Source: Podarcis tiliguerta (lineage: Eukaryota). Taken from it: a stretch of 64,000 bases of DNA. The notes below the pieces were generated by a model. It worked only from the letters and a program-made list of their open reading frames with translations, had not been told where the DNA came from and made no database searches. The stretch lies in NCBI GenBank assembly GCA_965153285.1, contig OZ229113.1; one strand, written 5' to 3'. Positions within the stretch are counted from its first letter, which is position 1. Every line of letters starts with the position of its first letter. The position numbers and the translations under genes are program-made. Below, one piece after another: positions 1 through 13,156 of this stretch.

Positions 1-1009
1 ATTGTGCATTACAGATAGCTATATTTTATAACTTTTGTTTAACAGGAAAGTGTTGGTGATATTGAAAGTGAAATTCTGTTTAGATTTTTAATCCTCTGCC
101 TCAATGCTCTTTTAAAAAGATGGCAAACAGTTTTAAGGAAACACTTATTGTTATGCATAAGCCTGCCCCAAATTTCTCATTGTTTAGACTTCTCTGCAGT
201 CTTAGGCAATCTGTTCCTACCTGGAAATTTGATCTTTTGTAATTAAAGTTGTAAATAGGAAATATCTCTCTAAAGTCAGCCTAAAGAAAAGCATGTAACG
301 ATTTTCAGTAGTTCACACAGGATGCAGAATGCAATGCATATCTGCACAAAACAGGGTGGCAAATTATTTGCAGTTTAAAAAGGCATGATGGGAACAGGGA
401 ATAAAGATAAGCTCCTCATACGGACCTTCATACTTTCAAACAATTGTTGGTACTTTACAAATGAACAAAGAATTAGAGCTTAACTCGTTTTGTTTAGTTG
501 CTAACTGACAGCTCCTCTTGTTTCAACAAAGTCCGTTAAAATAAATGAATTACATAAGCTTAAAATTATAGACTTTTGTTAAGACCCCTAATGTGATTAA
601 TAGAATAAACATTTCTTTTTCCTATTATAATAGTTCTGTTTCCTGTTTTCTGACAGCTCTCTCCTCCATTTCCCCTGTTTTAGCCTTGAAAGGGCTCATC
701 AGCCTGTTACACTCCCCTTCCCAGTAATTGCCCCCCTTTCTATAAAGTTATCAAAATTCCAATCATTTCCCCTCAAAGAGCTGCCATTGGCCACAGCAGT
801 ACGTCTGTTGATCACCTACATTTTTCTCACCCAAACTTTCAAACAATACATCTTCTTTCTAATGGTTCCTTTAGCTTTAGAACAGGGATGGGGGACGCAT
901 GACATTCCAGATGTTTCTGGATTACAATCCCACTGTCCTTGACTATGAACCATCTGGGGCTCTCGGGGAGTTGGAGTCCAACACCATCTGAAGAATTTGC
1001 CAGTAGAGG

Positions 1010-1160
1010 GGCCTCTACTAGTGCCAGCTTTTCAACATCGTCCTCATCCTCCTCAGGGGACTGCGGTGGATCTTCCACCACCTTCCACAGGCCCTCACGC
1101 TTGAGGAAGTGTTGCATGCGGTGCTGTAGTTTGTGGCCGTCAGCTTCTCCAGCAACACAC
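1010..1160 (-). pseudogene. gag: Copia gag N-terminal fragment (frameshifted, truncated)
   Basis: EKLTATNYS then, after a frameshift, RMQHFLKREGLWKVVEDPP: typical copia Gag N-terminus, just downstream of the PBS. Confidence 0.75.
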
Positions 1161-1232
1161 CAGCTCTGGACTGCTCCATCCCTGCAGCTCACCTCCAGCA
1201 CCCACGGCTAGATAACTGTCACCTGTACTCTT

Positions 1233-1263
1233 GCACAGTGGAAGCATGCTGGGCCCATAACCC
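1233..1263 (-). promoter_or_regulatory. Primer-binding site complementary to the 5' half of initiator Met tRNA
   Basis: Plus strand gcacagtggaagcatgctgggcccataaccc matches tRNAiMet GCGCAGCGGAAGCGTGCTGGGCCCATAACCC with 3 mismatches, all of CpG-decay type. Confidence 0.85.
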
Positions 1264-1565
1264 TGTTGCGAATTTCTTGCGGCGCCAGGTTCTTTAGTGC
1301 AGTATTTATTATTGTGAGCTAAATATATATACAAATATCTACAGAAGCAGTTCAGACAGAGTAGCTGCACCTTGAGGCAAAGGAAGACTCCACACTCATC
1401 TACACCACTCCACTACCACCACAATTACTATTGGACAGGCTTTACCTTTAAACCGGTGACAGCCAATCACATTACTTCTGAGTCTTTCCACAGAGAGTAT
1501 TGCATCAGCCTGTTGCAAACGGAAGCCTGCAGACTTACTTACACAGCATCCTGTGAATCCCAACA
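1264..1565 (-). mobile_element. Copia (Ty1/copia) 5' LTR
   Basis: TGTTG...CAACA inverted termini; minus-strand AATAAA (plus tttatt ~1305); immediately followed on the minus strand by the copia-type PBS GGGTTATGGGCCCAG. Confidence 0.8.
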
Positions 1566-3101
1566 CACACAGGCTAAATTGTTCTCCCTATCCAAACAAA
1601 CAATTCACTAGCTGAATACCTTGTTGCCAATAGAGCACTGTGTGGCAGGGAAGCTGCACACACCTGACTTCCCAAAATCTGTTTACTGGGACAGAGAGGT
1701 GGCGGAGCAAAGCGGCAAACCCACAGAAAGGAATTCCAAATTGGCATCCTTAACCCTTTCTTTCTCTCTCTCCCTTTCCTGCTTCAGCTCTTGCCATGTT
1801 GCTTTCGCCTTGTTGGATTCCAGATGTTTATGTGTTCCTGCAACTGGAACTAATGGAGGGGTGGGGGTGGGGACAACAGGTGGAGAAAGCCTTAAGCATT
1901 TCTTTCTCCAACACCTTTTCATGAAAAAGCACCTATTCCCAACACTGCTTTTCAGCAAACAAGAGGACTATTGGAATGTTGAGATTGTGTGCAATATTGT
2001 AGTTTCATCTTCAGTTGTGTTTCTTCTTAAAACAAACAGATAATATCTTTCTGTCTTGGCAATTTCTCATAATAGGATGATTAATCCCATTTACTTTCCA
2101 AGTGAGCATCTCTATTTGTTCCAATGTACCACACATAATTCAGTTATTTGTTTTTAAAAGGTTCATCCATTTTATCTGTTTATTATTGATAATTAATGTA
2201 GGTATATATAAAAAAAACAGTTTTGCTGTTTTCATCTGTGTTTTACTGATGATTTTATTACACACACCTTTGATTGCACGGTCTATGAATCTTTCTAAAT
2301 AAAATATATTTTGTCATTGTCAATTTATTTCTATACCATATGCTCCACAAGTAAATCAGAGCTCAAAGTGGTTCTCAAAAAAAAAAAAAATCAGTCTAAA
2401 TTCAGTAATATAACAATAAGAGATAAGATATATAATATCACTGCAACACACACAAAAAAATAAAAATTACTGTTAAAGTTCATTTAACATATATACACAT
2501 TTAACTAAGCATATTGCTTGCTAATAGGTCATGTCAAAATATCCATTATTCAGCTCCCTTATAAGGGCTCCCAAGGCTGGAGAGTGGGCAACATAAATTA
2601 AAGTTACGATCCCCTGATAGCAACCAAAGTCTATCCCCCCTTCCTCTTCTGGAAAGTTTTTTTTATGAAGCCCCCTGGGGCTGTAGGATGGGGCAAGACA
2701 AGTGGGAAAAGTCACCCCCCGATGGCAACAACAGAGGCCTTCTCCCTTTGCCTCAAATATATTTGATACACAAGCAATCAGCATGCTACCTGATATTGCT
2801 TTGCAAATTAAAAATGGGATGTTAATGTTTTTGCATGGCTCATCATGTGAAAATATTAACCAAACATATTTTCATATAGGAAATTAAAACAAATAATTAT
2901 TGACATTTGCAATGAGCCTCAAGCCTGGCTTATTTATTTATTAAATTTATTCACCAACATGCAAAAGACAATAGCTTCCCATGGTGGCTTACAACACTGA
3001 AAATAATTTTAATCCATGTTAAATATCGACAAGATAGCCCCTGTCAGAATAACAGAAGTAAAATTTATCAGTTCAGTATAGCACAAGCACCTATACCTGT
3101 A

Positions 3102-3323
3102 CAGTGGTACCACAGGTTACAGACACTTCAGGTTACAGACGCTTCAGGTTACAGACTCCACTAACCCGGAAGTAGTACCTCGGGTTTGCTTCAGGATGAG
3201 AACAGAAATAGTGCGGTGGTGGCGTGGCTGCAGCAGGACGCCCCATTAGCTAAAGTGGTACGTCAGGTTAAGAACAGAATGTACCTCCAGAACGAATTAA
3301 GTTCTGAACCTGAGGTACCACTG
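3102..3323. mobile_element. Tc1/mariner (Tigger-like) MITE
   Basis: TA|CAGTGGTACC...GGTACCACTG|TA termini; same family as 16613-16852 and 48178-48655. Confidence 0.85.
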
Positions 3324-4933
3324 TATTAGACTAAAAATTGAGGCTACTGTCTCCCAGAGGGGGGTAATTATGTACTGTATTTCTGAGGAAGGGGTTCCAT
3401 TTGCAAGAATTTTCATGGTTCCTCTGTCTTCCATTGCTTAGCTTCTTTTGATCTACAGGTAGACTTCAGTTGAGTCTTAAAGAGGACTTGCGATATCTTG
3501 GTTTGGAATTTCAAGGTCCACAAACAATACGAAATCTTCACACTCATTTTATCAGGAAACTGTGTATTCACATTATTTTATTCATCAATATTATATTTAA
3601 TAGCCAAGAGATAAATATGAATTATAACCAACTCAATCTAAAGAGCAAGACAATTTAAATTTAAGAAGATTTAAAACTGTAGATGTTTTTCATAAATGAC
3701 CATTGAAACAGGTTGGGAGACTTCCACATCTTTGTGAAATATCCTCTTAGGTTGCAATCCTAAGAGTACTGAACAAGAGAATAAGCCACATTGAACACAG
3801 AGGGACTGATGGCCAAATAAAGATGCATACAATTGCAGTGTCATTAATGTGAAGCTTCTCTCATCAGTGGTGTTCATCTCGAAAAGCAGGGTAGTACTCA
3901 TAAACTTTTTTATGGTAGAAGTACCCTAGTCATAACATACATGGCATGCTACCATATAAAAGCACACATCATTTGCAGTACTTTTCACCCCATCTCACAT
4001 TCTGAAATCAATACCGTTTATATTTGTAATTTCAGTGCTGGAAACCCAAGAAAGAAGGTGATCTTCAATCTGATCATTGAGATTTATAGGGATTAGGAAG
4101 CTGGGACCCTCTTGCTGCAGTCAGAAATGCTATAATAGGCTGAAATGTGTTTGCCACTGTGAGTTCTGCAGGTGGCAATAATAGGGTGGTGGCCCAATTT
4201 CCCGGCTTCGAAAGGCAATATTATCCACAGCAACTTTTTAATGATCTTCTGTGTGAAAGAAAATGGATTTTACGGGCTTTTAACTCTACCACTTTGATGC
4301 TTTCTTTCTGTCCCACTTTGGAAATCTCTTGCATTTTCAAAGAGTTAGAAACTGCTTCTCGTTCTTTGAAAGACAGTATTTTGGTACATTCCTCCAACCC
4401 TTCCAAAAATTGCTCAAGTTTTTATGCAAATTGATGCAGCAGATTTCTCTTTGCTTTGTTTCCTGCCACCTTATGGATCTCAAGTCCAGGATCTCCTTTG
4501 AACCTTGATCACGAAAGATCAATGTTCCTTTTATAGCTTTCCAGACTTAAAATATATCTTACCCCTTACTTAACAGTAGATTTATGCACTGGAAAATTTG
4601 TATCCATGTGAAGGTACTGGAGAATGATTGAGTCCACCTAGTTGACCATTCCAGCACACAGCTACATTCTTTGTGTGTTAAAACAATCCTTACCTCTTGT
4701 CAAGATGGCACAGAGAACACTTACAGTTGACCATTTTATTTAATACTTGCAATGTCTCACCAATGGGTTTCATACACACGATGGTGGTATGTCAGGGTTG
4801 TCACTAAGGTGCTCAACCTTGCTGTCACTATAAGTATATCACTTTGCTCCTTGATTCTTAAAATTTTCACTCTGGAAGTGGCAGTGACAGCCTCTTATGA
4901 TTAATGATATGCTATAGCATTTTAAATATAATA

Positions 4934-5185
4934 CAGTCATACCTCATGTTGTGTTTGCTTCAGGTTGAGTGTTTTCAGGTTGCGTCCCACGGCGACCCGG
5001 AAGTACCGGAAAGGGTTACTTCTGGGTTTTGTCGCTCGCGCATACGCAGATGCTCAAAATGACGTCACGCGCATGCGCAGAAGCGGTGAATTGTGACCTG
5101 TGCGTGCGCAGATGCAGGTTGCAGTCTGCTCATGTTGCGAATGGAGCTCCGGAATGGATCCCATTCACAACCAGAGGTACCACTG
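4934..5185. mobile_element. Tc1/mariner MITE (asymmetric TIR family)
   Basis: TA|CAGTCATACCT...AGGTACCACTG|TA; a related copy in the opposite orientation lies at 6712-6952. Confidence 0.75.
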
Positions 5186-5404
5186 TAAATCTGTATTTAA
5201 GTCCCAGGTGGACCATTTCTCCAATATTAACCAAACATATTTCCAACAAAAATATTTCCAATCTTACATCTTATGTAACAAATAAGTTCAAGAATTTGGG
5301 GTGCAATAAAGATGACGGTTTTAAAACATTTAAGTAAAGGACAGCTTACAGAAATGTACTTTCTAAAAAGACAACCTTGGTCTTTACATGGAACTATGAG
5401 ATAT

Positions 5405-5529
5405 GAAGAATTGATGCTTTTGAATTATGGTGCTGGAGGAGACTCTTGAGAGTCCCATGGACTGCAAGAAGATCAAACTTCTCCATTCTTAAGGAAATCA
5501 GCCCTGAGGGCTCACTGGAACGACAGATA
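5405..5529 (+). mobile_element. RTE/BovB LINE fragment
   Basis: gaagaattgatgcttttgaattatggtgctgg...agagtcccatggactgcaagaagatcaaac encodes a RIDAFELWCW-R-LLRVPWTARRSN-type BovB ORF segment. Confidence 0.8.
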
Positions 5530-5534
5530 ATAAT

Positions 5535-5908
5535 AATATTTATTACTTTTCCAACAATTTAAACACTACAAAAAAAAAGCGGGTAAAAAACGAAAAAACA
5601 CACACAATACAATACAAAAACACTACATATCACTAACACATTAAACTAAGAAAACCAAACAAGAACAGTTTAAAACATCTCAAACAATTTCAATATCTTT
5701 CATTCACTTATTTCACCGACCTCCTCACACCTCCCTTTTTGTATTCCACTTCTATCAATTGTTTCAGCAATTCCTTTCCATCTTCCTCTGTTTTCTATCC
5801 TATAATTATCTTAACACATTCTAACGTTTCTACTAAAGCCATATAACTTCATTCCAACATTCTTCTAACATTCATTAATTTTACAGTATTTCTGTAAATA
5901 GTCTTTAA
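5535..5908 (-). mobile_element. L1-like LINE 3' end fragment
   Basis: Shares cattcattaattttacagtatttctgtaaatagtctttaa and gacctcctcacacctccc with the L1 3' end at 10110-10670. Confidence 0.6.
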
Positions 5909-6711
5909 CTGGTCTCCCCAGTTCTAGTCCAGCACTATAACCACTAGACCACACTGACTCTCCACACTGACATTTCAATTGCCCTTTTAACTAAATTGGT
6001 CCATTCCTTTCCATTACTCATTATCAGCATCCTCTTTGCAAAACAAATACATAAATCTGAATGTACTTCATGAATTCTGCAAAGCTGTTTGCAAGACAGA
6101 TATTTTTTTCCGTGGTAAGCAATCAGTGTTCACCCTGAAGCATAAAATTGTGATTACCCTTATCTTTGCTTGCAAAAGGACAACTATTTTTCAGGAAAAG
6201 AATATCAAAACTCTCAATAGCATCAGGCTGGAAAATGACTTCTTTGATTCCAAAGGATATTTTGTTCAATGATCATTGATATCATAATGTGTCCTGTCTT
6301 GAAGCTATGATTCTAAATGTTTACATAGAATTAAGTTCCAATAAGCAAATACGTTTTCAAATTTCTTCCAGCAGAGACTCTGGCCTAAGTTAAAAAGGAA
6401 TAAATGGGTTTGATTAAAAGGCTCCAAACCTGAGTCTACAAGAGTATTTATAACTTACTTGAGAAAATATGTCTCAAGTTTCTGCAATAAGTAGCACTCT
6501 AGGCTCCTACCATTCTACCATGCCTGCTGAAGGAATTTTATTTTATGGTTATGAGATATTTTATAATGTGACCACCACCCTTCTGCTGACTTGGTCACGT
6601 CCTCAGAATGGAAGATGCATGCTTCAGACTCACTCCTTAGCCAACGTGTGGTCAATATATTAATCAATCTTATGAAAGAAATTGCAGCTGTATTTTTTAT
6701 AACGCTCATTA

Positions 6712-6952
6712 CAGTGGAACCTCGGGTTGCGGACATAATCTCTGATGGAGGCACATCTGCATCCCGCAGCGTACACATCCTGAAGCGCCACATCTGCATA
6801 GGCGCTGGCGCGATTTGGTCTTCTGTGCATGCGCAATGGATGATTTAACGCTTCTGTGCATGCGCGAGTGGCATTCCGGTACTTCCGGGTTTCCCACGGT
6901 CTGTTATCCGAAAAAACGTAACCTGAAGTGTCCGTAACATAAGGTATGACTG
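6712..6952. mobile_element. Tc1/mariner MITE
   Basis: TA|CAGTGGAACCT...AGGTATGACTG|TA; related to 4934-5185. Confidence 0.75.
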
Positions 6953-7679
6953 TATTACTTTGGTGCTGGGCACATAAGCTTGGGGAAGGGCTTTAGCTCT
7001 GTGAAAGAGCATCTTTACATGCAGAAGGCACCAACATCTACAGGTACGGCTGGGAGTTAATTTTGCCTGAAATTGTGGAGAGCCACTCCCAGGCACTATA
7101 AACATTCTGATCTAGGTGGACCAATGGCGTGACTCAGTATAACACAGCTTTCTAGGTCCCTGGGTTCTGTAAGAGCGCCAGCAAATGCACACAAATAGTT
7201 CGTCCTTTTCCGGTCAGAAGGGTGTTCGGCTTGTATATTGTACAAACAAGTTTTTCCCCAGCCTGGTGCCCTTTAGTTTGAGATTAGAACTACAAAAACT
7301 CTGACTATTGGCCATGCCGGCTGGAGCTGATGAGTGATGAAGTCCAAAATTCTAGAAATGGCCATTTTGAGAAAGACTGATATACACCAGGTTATGTACG
7401 CCAAACATTCTCTGGCTTGTGAAGCCCCATGTATGCATCGGTATCTGATGCATGCCCTCAAACTCCTTCCAAGACTCGACAATGTATGCTCCAAGTGCTG
7501 TGCTCTGTGTTCAAAGGATCATGGACCTCAGAAGCCTTCGGCGGGGAGTTTATTGGTTTGTTTTGATTTTGTTCTTATTATGCATTTCACATCTTGTTAT
7601 TTATTCTGTGAACTGCCCTGAAATTTACGGATGAAGGATGGTATACAAATCATCATCATCATCATCATCCATTTTTCTT

Positions 7680-8160
7680 TCTTTCTTTGGCGATCACTCG
7701 TAGCCAAGTAAGATTGTCTTCCATAAACACGGTTTTAACAATAAGTTACAATAGTCACAATAAGTGACTATGGAGGCCAATTCTGGATCCACGCGTCCTT
7801 TCACAGTGGGGACATTGGTTTCCAGGTGGGAGTTGATGATGGTGTGGATTTGCCAAGCGTGCCTTCTAGTTATCACATTTCTTCCTTGCCTCCTGAGTTT
7901 GAGCGTCTTCAAAGCCCACGACACCTTTGGTAAAGGCTGTTCTCCAGTTGGAGTGCTCGCAGGCAAGTGTTTCCCAATTGTTGGTGTTTATACTACATTT
8001 TTTTAGATTTGCCTTGAAACAGTCTTTAAACCTCTTTTGTTGACCACCAGCATTGCACTTTCCATTTCAAAGTTTGGAATAGAGTAGTTTCTTTGGGAGA
8101 GGATAATCAGACATCCGCACAACATGACCAGTCCAATGAAGCTGATGTTGAAGAAGCATG
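7680..8160 (-). mobile_element. RTE LINE 3' fragment
   Basis: Minus strand gives LQHQLHWTGHVVRMSDYPLPKKLLYS...GGQQKRFKDCFKANL...NWETLA, the RTE ORF C-terminus, with stops/frameshifts. Confidence 0.8.
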
Positions 8161-9509
8161 CATAGTAGAATATAGAGTAGGATGATTTGATAATTGTTTC
8201 CTCTCCCCAGGATTCTTTTTACCATTGCAACTGCAATAAGTGCCGCGCTAAGTTACTGGTTTGATGCTTGTGTAAATGGGTCTGCCGTTGGACAACAGTG
8301 GCTGTATCCCAACATTCTTAAAAGAAGCACTGCTGAACATAACATAGCAAAGTACTGCTGCACACATAAAATTTAGCTGCATAAGAAAGCATAAGGTAAT
8401 GGTGTTGCACACTATTTTCAGTGACATATTCCATCATTTTATGGCACCCTGGGTTCTTTTATAGGTCTTTTAATTGCTGGGGATTCTTTAATTGCACACA
8501 TGGTAGGCATCAGTTAAAAATGTATATAGGATATCAGGGTATCTTAAAAGGAAACAAAAAGTAATTGAAAAAAAAAGCTGCAACCGCATTACTTTACCAT
8601 TTTTATACAGCCAAGCCTCTATCTGCCTTTTTTTAATGGGAGATGCATGCTGAGCAGCCATCAATTAAAATCCAAAATAGGATGCTTGGGTGTATTAAAA
8701 AAGCAGACAGAAATAGCACAGAAGAAACTGCAGCAACATTTCCTTTGCATATTGTCGATGGTGCCCAGTAATATAGCATTTAGTAATACTTCAAAGTTTC
8801 TTATGTCTTCTTATAGCTTTTATAGACTGAAATGACAGTGTTCCTTTCTCCTGCCCTTAAACACATCAATGCAAAAGGTCTGCTTGTGAATTAAGGTACT
8901 GCTCACCAATTTTCTGCTTACAATCTGGACACCTGAAGCAATTCTCTATGGATTTTCCCACAAATTACTCAGCAGCTGTGCTAAACAAGCCCGTGAGTGT
9001 GCTCCCAGAACTGCTTCAACACTTCAAATCACCCATCAGAGGTGGAAAAAACAGTAAAAGAAAGGCATAAATTTTATGACAAGTAACATAACTTGTATTA
9101 TAAAGCCAACAATAGCAAAAGCTCAAGATTGAAATGGAGATCTGTATCTGATAATATATGCAAAAGAGGATATAAAAGACCTCTTTCTTCCCTCTCCCGC
9201 AGACCATTATTGTATTGTATGTATTCTCAGCAAGGCACCGATCGACCTGTTGCATCTCCAAAGCCAATAAAAACCATAGACCAAGCTAAAGTTGAGAATG
9301 GTTCTGTCAATGTTTTTGCAATCCACTGTTGAGTCCCCTTTCTGAACTAAGCATTGTGGATAAAAATAAATAAGTATTTCTAAATACTATGGGAGGACAT
9401 CTTTTTTATGGGAGTGGCGAAGGCAAAATCATATCAAACCATACCTGTGGTCTAACGTATTTCAGCCCAGCCACAGGTTTTTTCATCTCAGTGAGAACTA
9501 GGTCTATGA

Positions 9510-9643
9510 CAGGCTTCCTCAAACTCGGCCCTCCAGATGTTTTGAGACTACAATTCCCATCATCCCTGACCATCCCTGCTAGCTAGTGATCATGGGAGTT
9601 GTAGGCCAAAAAACATCTGGAGGGCCGAGGTTGAGGAAGCCTG
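9510..9643. mobile_element. hAT-type palindromic MITE
   Basis: Long TIRs CAGGCTTCCTCAA...TTGAGGAAGCCTG with a perfect 8-bp TSD GTCTATGA. Confidence 0.85.
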
Positions 9644-9686
9644 GTCTATGACATTCTACATAAGTCTTTCAAAGAAATTCACCTGA

Positions 9687-10731
9687 TGTCAGGGACTGGC
9701 TGGATGATGCTGAGTCAAAGAGGAGGAAAGCTCAGAGCCCAGGGATTGGTGGGACAGCAAGGAGATGTCAGAGGGGGAAATGGAAGGAGGTGCTGGATGC
9801 TGAAGATACAACCGGGCTTAGTGAGCAGGAGGAACCTGTGATAGAGAGCAGTTCAGACTCCAAGGCTGAAGCAAGTGAAGAATCTTGGGAGTGTCCCTCA
9901 ACCTGCTGCAACAAGTCCCCCCCCCCCCCCCAGTTTCCAAAAAAGTGCAGGATAATGAGAAGAGCAGAACAGAGACCAGAGGCGTGTAGATGCAGTTTGA
10001 AACTACTTGGGAAACATCTGGGAGAGGAGGGGCTTTAGGAGGGGTTGGAGGCAGGGACCTTCAGTCTTGGAAACTGCTCTATGGTGGCAAGGAAATGTTG
10101 CTGAGTTGTATTCTGTTTGTTTTTTTAAAAAGATATTTATTGAAATTTCAACATGTTACAAAAATAAAAAGAGTAAAAAGAAAAAGAAAATACAAAATGA
10201 AAACAGTTAAAAACAAATCAGTCTTTCCATATCTTATCTTTCACTTGCTTGTTTCCCTGACCTCCTCACACCTCCCTTTCTTGTATTCCAGTTCAGTTAG
10301 TTAAATCAGCAAATCCTTTCCCTCTTTGATTTTATCTTAATCTTTTATCTTAATATATTGTAACTTTAGATTATCACCTATTAACAGTCCATTTTTACAT
10401 ATTCCTTTATAACATTGCTGCTTAAAAAACCACTTAACTTCAATCCAACATCATTCTAACACTCATTAATTTTGCAATATTTCTGTAAATAGTCTTTAAA
10501 TTTTTTCCAATCTTCTTCCACCGACTCTTCTCCCTAGTCTCGGATTCTGCCGGTCATTTCCGCCAATTCCATGTAGTCCATCACCTTCATCTGCCATTCT
10601 TCCAGAGTGGGTAAATCTTGTGTCTTCCATTACTTTGCAATAAGTATTCTTGCTGCTGTTGTAGCATGCATTGTGTTTCCTTGAATAAAGAGTTACTGAG
10701 AACTAGCTCTGCCTGACCTCCAGCCCTGACA
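9687..10731 (+). mobile_element. Solo LTR interrupted by an L1 insertion
   Basis: TGTCAGGG...CCCTGACA termini; AATAAA at 10684; no clean TSD. Confidence 0.6.
10110..10670 (-). mobile_element. L1 LINE 3' end (ORF2 C-terminus + 3' UTR)
   Basis: Minus strand ATTAARILIAK*WKTQDLPTLEEWQMKVMDYMELAEMT...EDWKKFKDYL; AATAAA and A-rich tail at the left end. Confidence 0.8.
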
Positions 10732-11209
10732 CCCACTTCCCATCAATCCAAAGGAGATGTTCAAGTTTAAATTGAACGTTTTCTGCACTTAATACTGAAC
10801 AATTTCTAGCCAAGCAGGAAGTGCCACTACATTTTGCCACATCTGAGGAATTTGATGGAAGAAAGATGAGTTAGATTAAGACTAGTGACATTTATTGAAG
10901 CGGGCAATGAGTGTTCCACACATCACTATTGACACACGCTACCAAAGATTCAAATAAAGTGAAAAGCCAAGCAAAGTGTGGGATACATTGTGATGCAAAA
11001 TATCTGAGAAACTGCAAGACAATAGCCAAAAATGCTAGAGAAGCCCTCCAAACATCTTCAGGAGAGCTTTGTATATCACTGGATTTCCTTGAGAGCTTGT
11101 TTGGAGCAAAATCAAAGATAATCTGAAGGGCTGAAACATGAAGAAAAGGCAAACTAATTTTAATAAGCAAAATATTCTCAGCAGGCTTCTGCCCAGGCAG
11201 GCACATTAT

Positions 11210-11830
11210 GTGACCCATGAGAGCAGCAAAATAACCAGACTGTACAACGGTGGTGGGATAAAATCAGGCCAAATGTTTATTGACAGCAGCAGGCAGGGCA
11301 AGCGTTGGCATGGCATTGGACCCCAGGATCAGTTCATCATTCCATAAGCCCTGTGGATCCGCTGGGGTTGGACCGCTCCAAACCTGTATGACAGGAGTCG
11401 GCCAGTGTTGAACCTTGCCATGGCGTAAGCCAAGCAAGCAAGGTATCACTGGGGGACCGGGGTGTAGATTCCAACCAGGCAGATACCGAACCCACACTTG
11501 GGTTTGCTGTGGTCAATCATCCCCTCTGGCCCCTTATGGCCCCCTCCCTATACTATGTTGAACCTGACCAATGCCATCTCCGTTCTCACATTCTTCTGCC
11601 TAACAAAGGAAAGACCTGATTTCAAGGAGGAAAAGCAGGGGGGGACCAACCAAATGCCAATCAGGTTGAGGGGGGGAAGAAATTCATTTCTGACCCCGTC
11701 ATTCAACAACCCAAAATTGCTCAGTGATGGCTCTAACTCAAGGGTGGGTGGGTAGGTGGGTGGGAAGCTCTCAAAGCAAAATGGCTGTGAGTTCCTAGGG
11801 AAGCAGCCTTACATAGGCTTTCCCCTTCCC
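11210..11830 (-). mobile_element. Old, diverged Ngaro-type solo A-spacer-B relic (boundaries approximate)
   Basis: Minus-strand motifs in the expected order: cccacccaccc, gaaatgaatttcttccc...attggc, ccaatgcca, caataaacatttggcc (cf. caataaagttgtggcc). Confidence 0.5.
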
Positions 11831-12150
11831 TCTGGAACAAGAATTCACAGGACAGCTTTTTCCCAGGAGCAGTGCCGGATTTACATATAAGCTAAACAAG
11901 CTATAGCTTAGGGCCCCACTGTCTTGCCCCCCCCCATACTTTTTCTTAATTATATTTCACTATTAATATACTTCTTCTTAATTGTATTTCATTTCAACAA
12001 TTACTTTGATAAAATACATATTTTGTTGTGTGCAAATGGCTTTAGATACCTATGAGGTCCATAAATTACCATATAGCATATATTAAACACAGAAAGCAGC
12101 GACAATTTGTTGTTGACAAAGGACAGCTGGACATAAAGGGCCCCATTACC

Positions 12151-12617
12151 CACTGGTGGAGGAAGAGGAGTGCGGGGAGAAGAAGAAGAAGAAGAAGAAG
12201 AAGAAGAAGAAGAGTAGTAGTTTGGATTTGATATCCCGCCTTTCACTTCCTTTAAGCAGTCTCAAAGCGGCTAACATTCTCCTTTCCCTTCCTCCCCCAC
12301 AACAAACACTCTGTGAGGTGAGTGGGGCTGAGAGACTTCAGAGAAGTGTGACTAGCTCAAGGTCACCCAGCAGCTGCATGTGGAGGAGCGGAGACGCGAA
12401 CCCGGTTCACCAGATTACGTGACTAGCGCTCTTAACCACTACACCATACTGGCTCTCCCCCAGCAGCGCGATCCCCAGGGTGCCATCGCAGCTGTCCCCC
12501 CATCCACGCTGGGCACCACATCCCCGCAGGCTGTGCGCCACGCCCCCAGGACGTGTGCCAGCCCCACCACCGCCTGCTCTCTGCCCCCCAATGCCAGGGC
12601 ATGAAGCTCCGCCACTG
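12151..12617. mobile_element. Second hAT MITE nested in 11870-12666
   Basis: CACTGGTGGAG...CTCCGCCACTG termini; 8-bp TSD CCATTACC (12143-12150, 12618-12625). Confidence 0.8.
12178..12458 (-). mobile_element. tRNA-derived squamate SINE (Squam3/MIR-like) with simple-repeat tail
   Basis: Minus strand begins gagagccagtatggtgtagtggttaagagc (A box)...gggttcgcgtctcc (B box); ends in (TTC)n. Confidence 0.75.
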
Positions 12618-12744
12618 CCATTACCTTCAGTAACTTAGGGCCTCAACTAACCTAAATCTGGCCCTGCCCAGGAGCCTATCACACAGAGAAGGTACTGAGC
12701 AAAACCCTTGCCCAGTATTTTGCTGCAATCTATGGGCTACAGTA

Positions 12745-13117
12745 CATTTCCGAGCACAATTCAAATTGTTGGTGCTGACCTTTAAAGCCCTAAATGGCCT
12801 CGGTCCTGTATACCTGGAGGAGCGTCTCCACCTCCATCGTTCTGCCTGGACACTGAGATCCAGCGCCAAGGGCCTTCTGGTGGTTCCCTCACTGCGAGAA
12901 GTGAGGTTACAGGGAACCAGGCAGAGAGCCTTCTCGGTAGTGGCACCCGCCCTGTGGAACGCCCTCCCACCAGATGTCAAAGAGAAAAACAACTACCAGA
13001 CTTTTAGAAGACAGCCCTGTTTAGGGAAGCTTTTAACGTTTAACAGACTATTGTATTTTAATATTCTGTTGGAAGCCGCCCAGAGTGGCTGGGGAAACCC
13101 AGCCAGATGGGAGGGGT

Positions 13118-13156
<39 letters not shown>

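Larger units (their letters stand above)
11870..12666. mobile_element. hAT non-autonomous element containing nested insertions
   Basis: TIRs CAGTGCCGGATTTA...TAAATCTGGCCCTG; perfect 8-bp TSD CCCAGGAG; uninterrupted sister copy at 34491-34887. Confidence 0.85.

Noticed and set aside
1683-1958. 91-aa minus-strand ORF with a Pro-rich and charged stretch, as a possible host exon
   Set aside because: No recognisable domain or clear splice partners; low complexity can explain it.
4221-4522. Lys/Glu-rich overlapping ORFs, possibly decayed L1 ORF1
   Set aside because: No diagnostic motif that I can identify with confidence.
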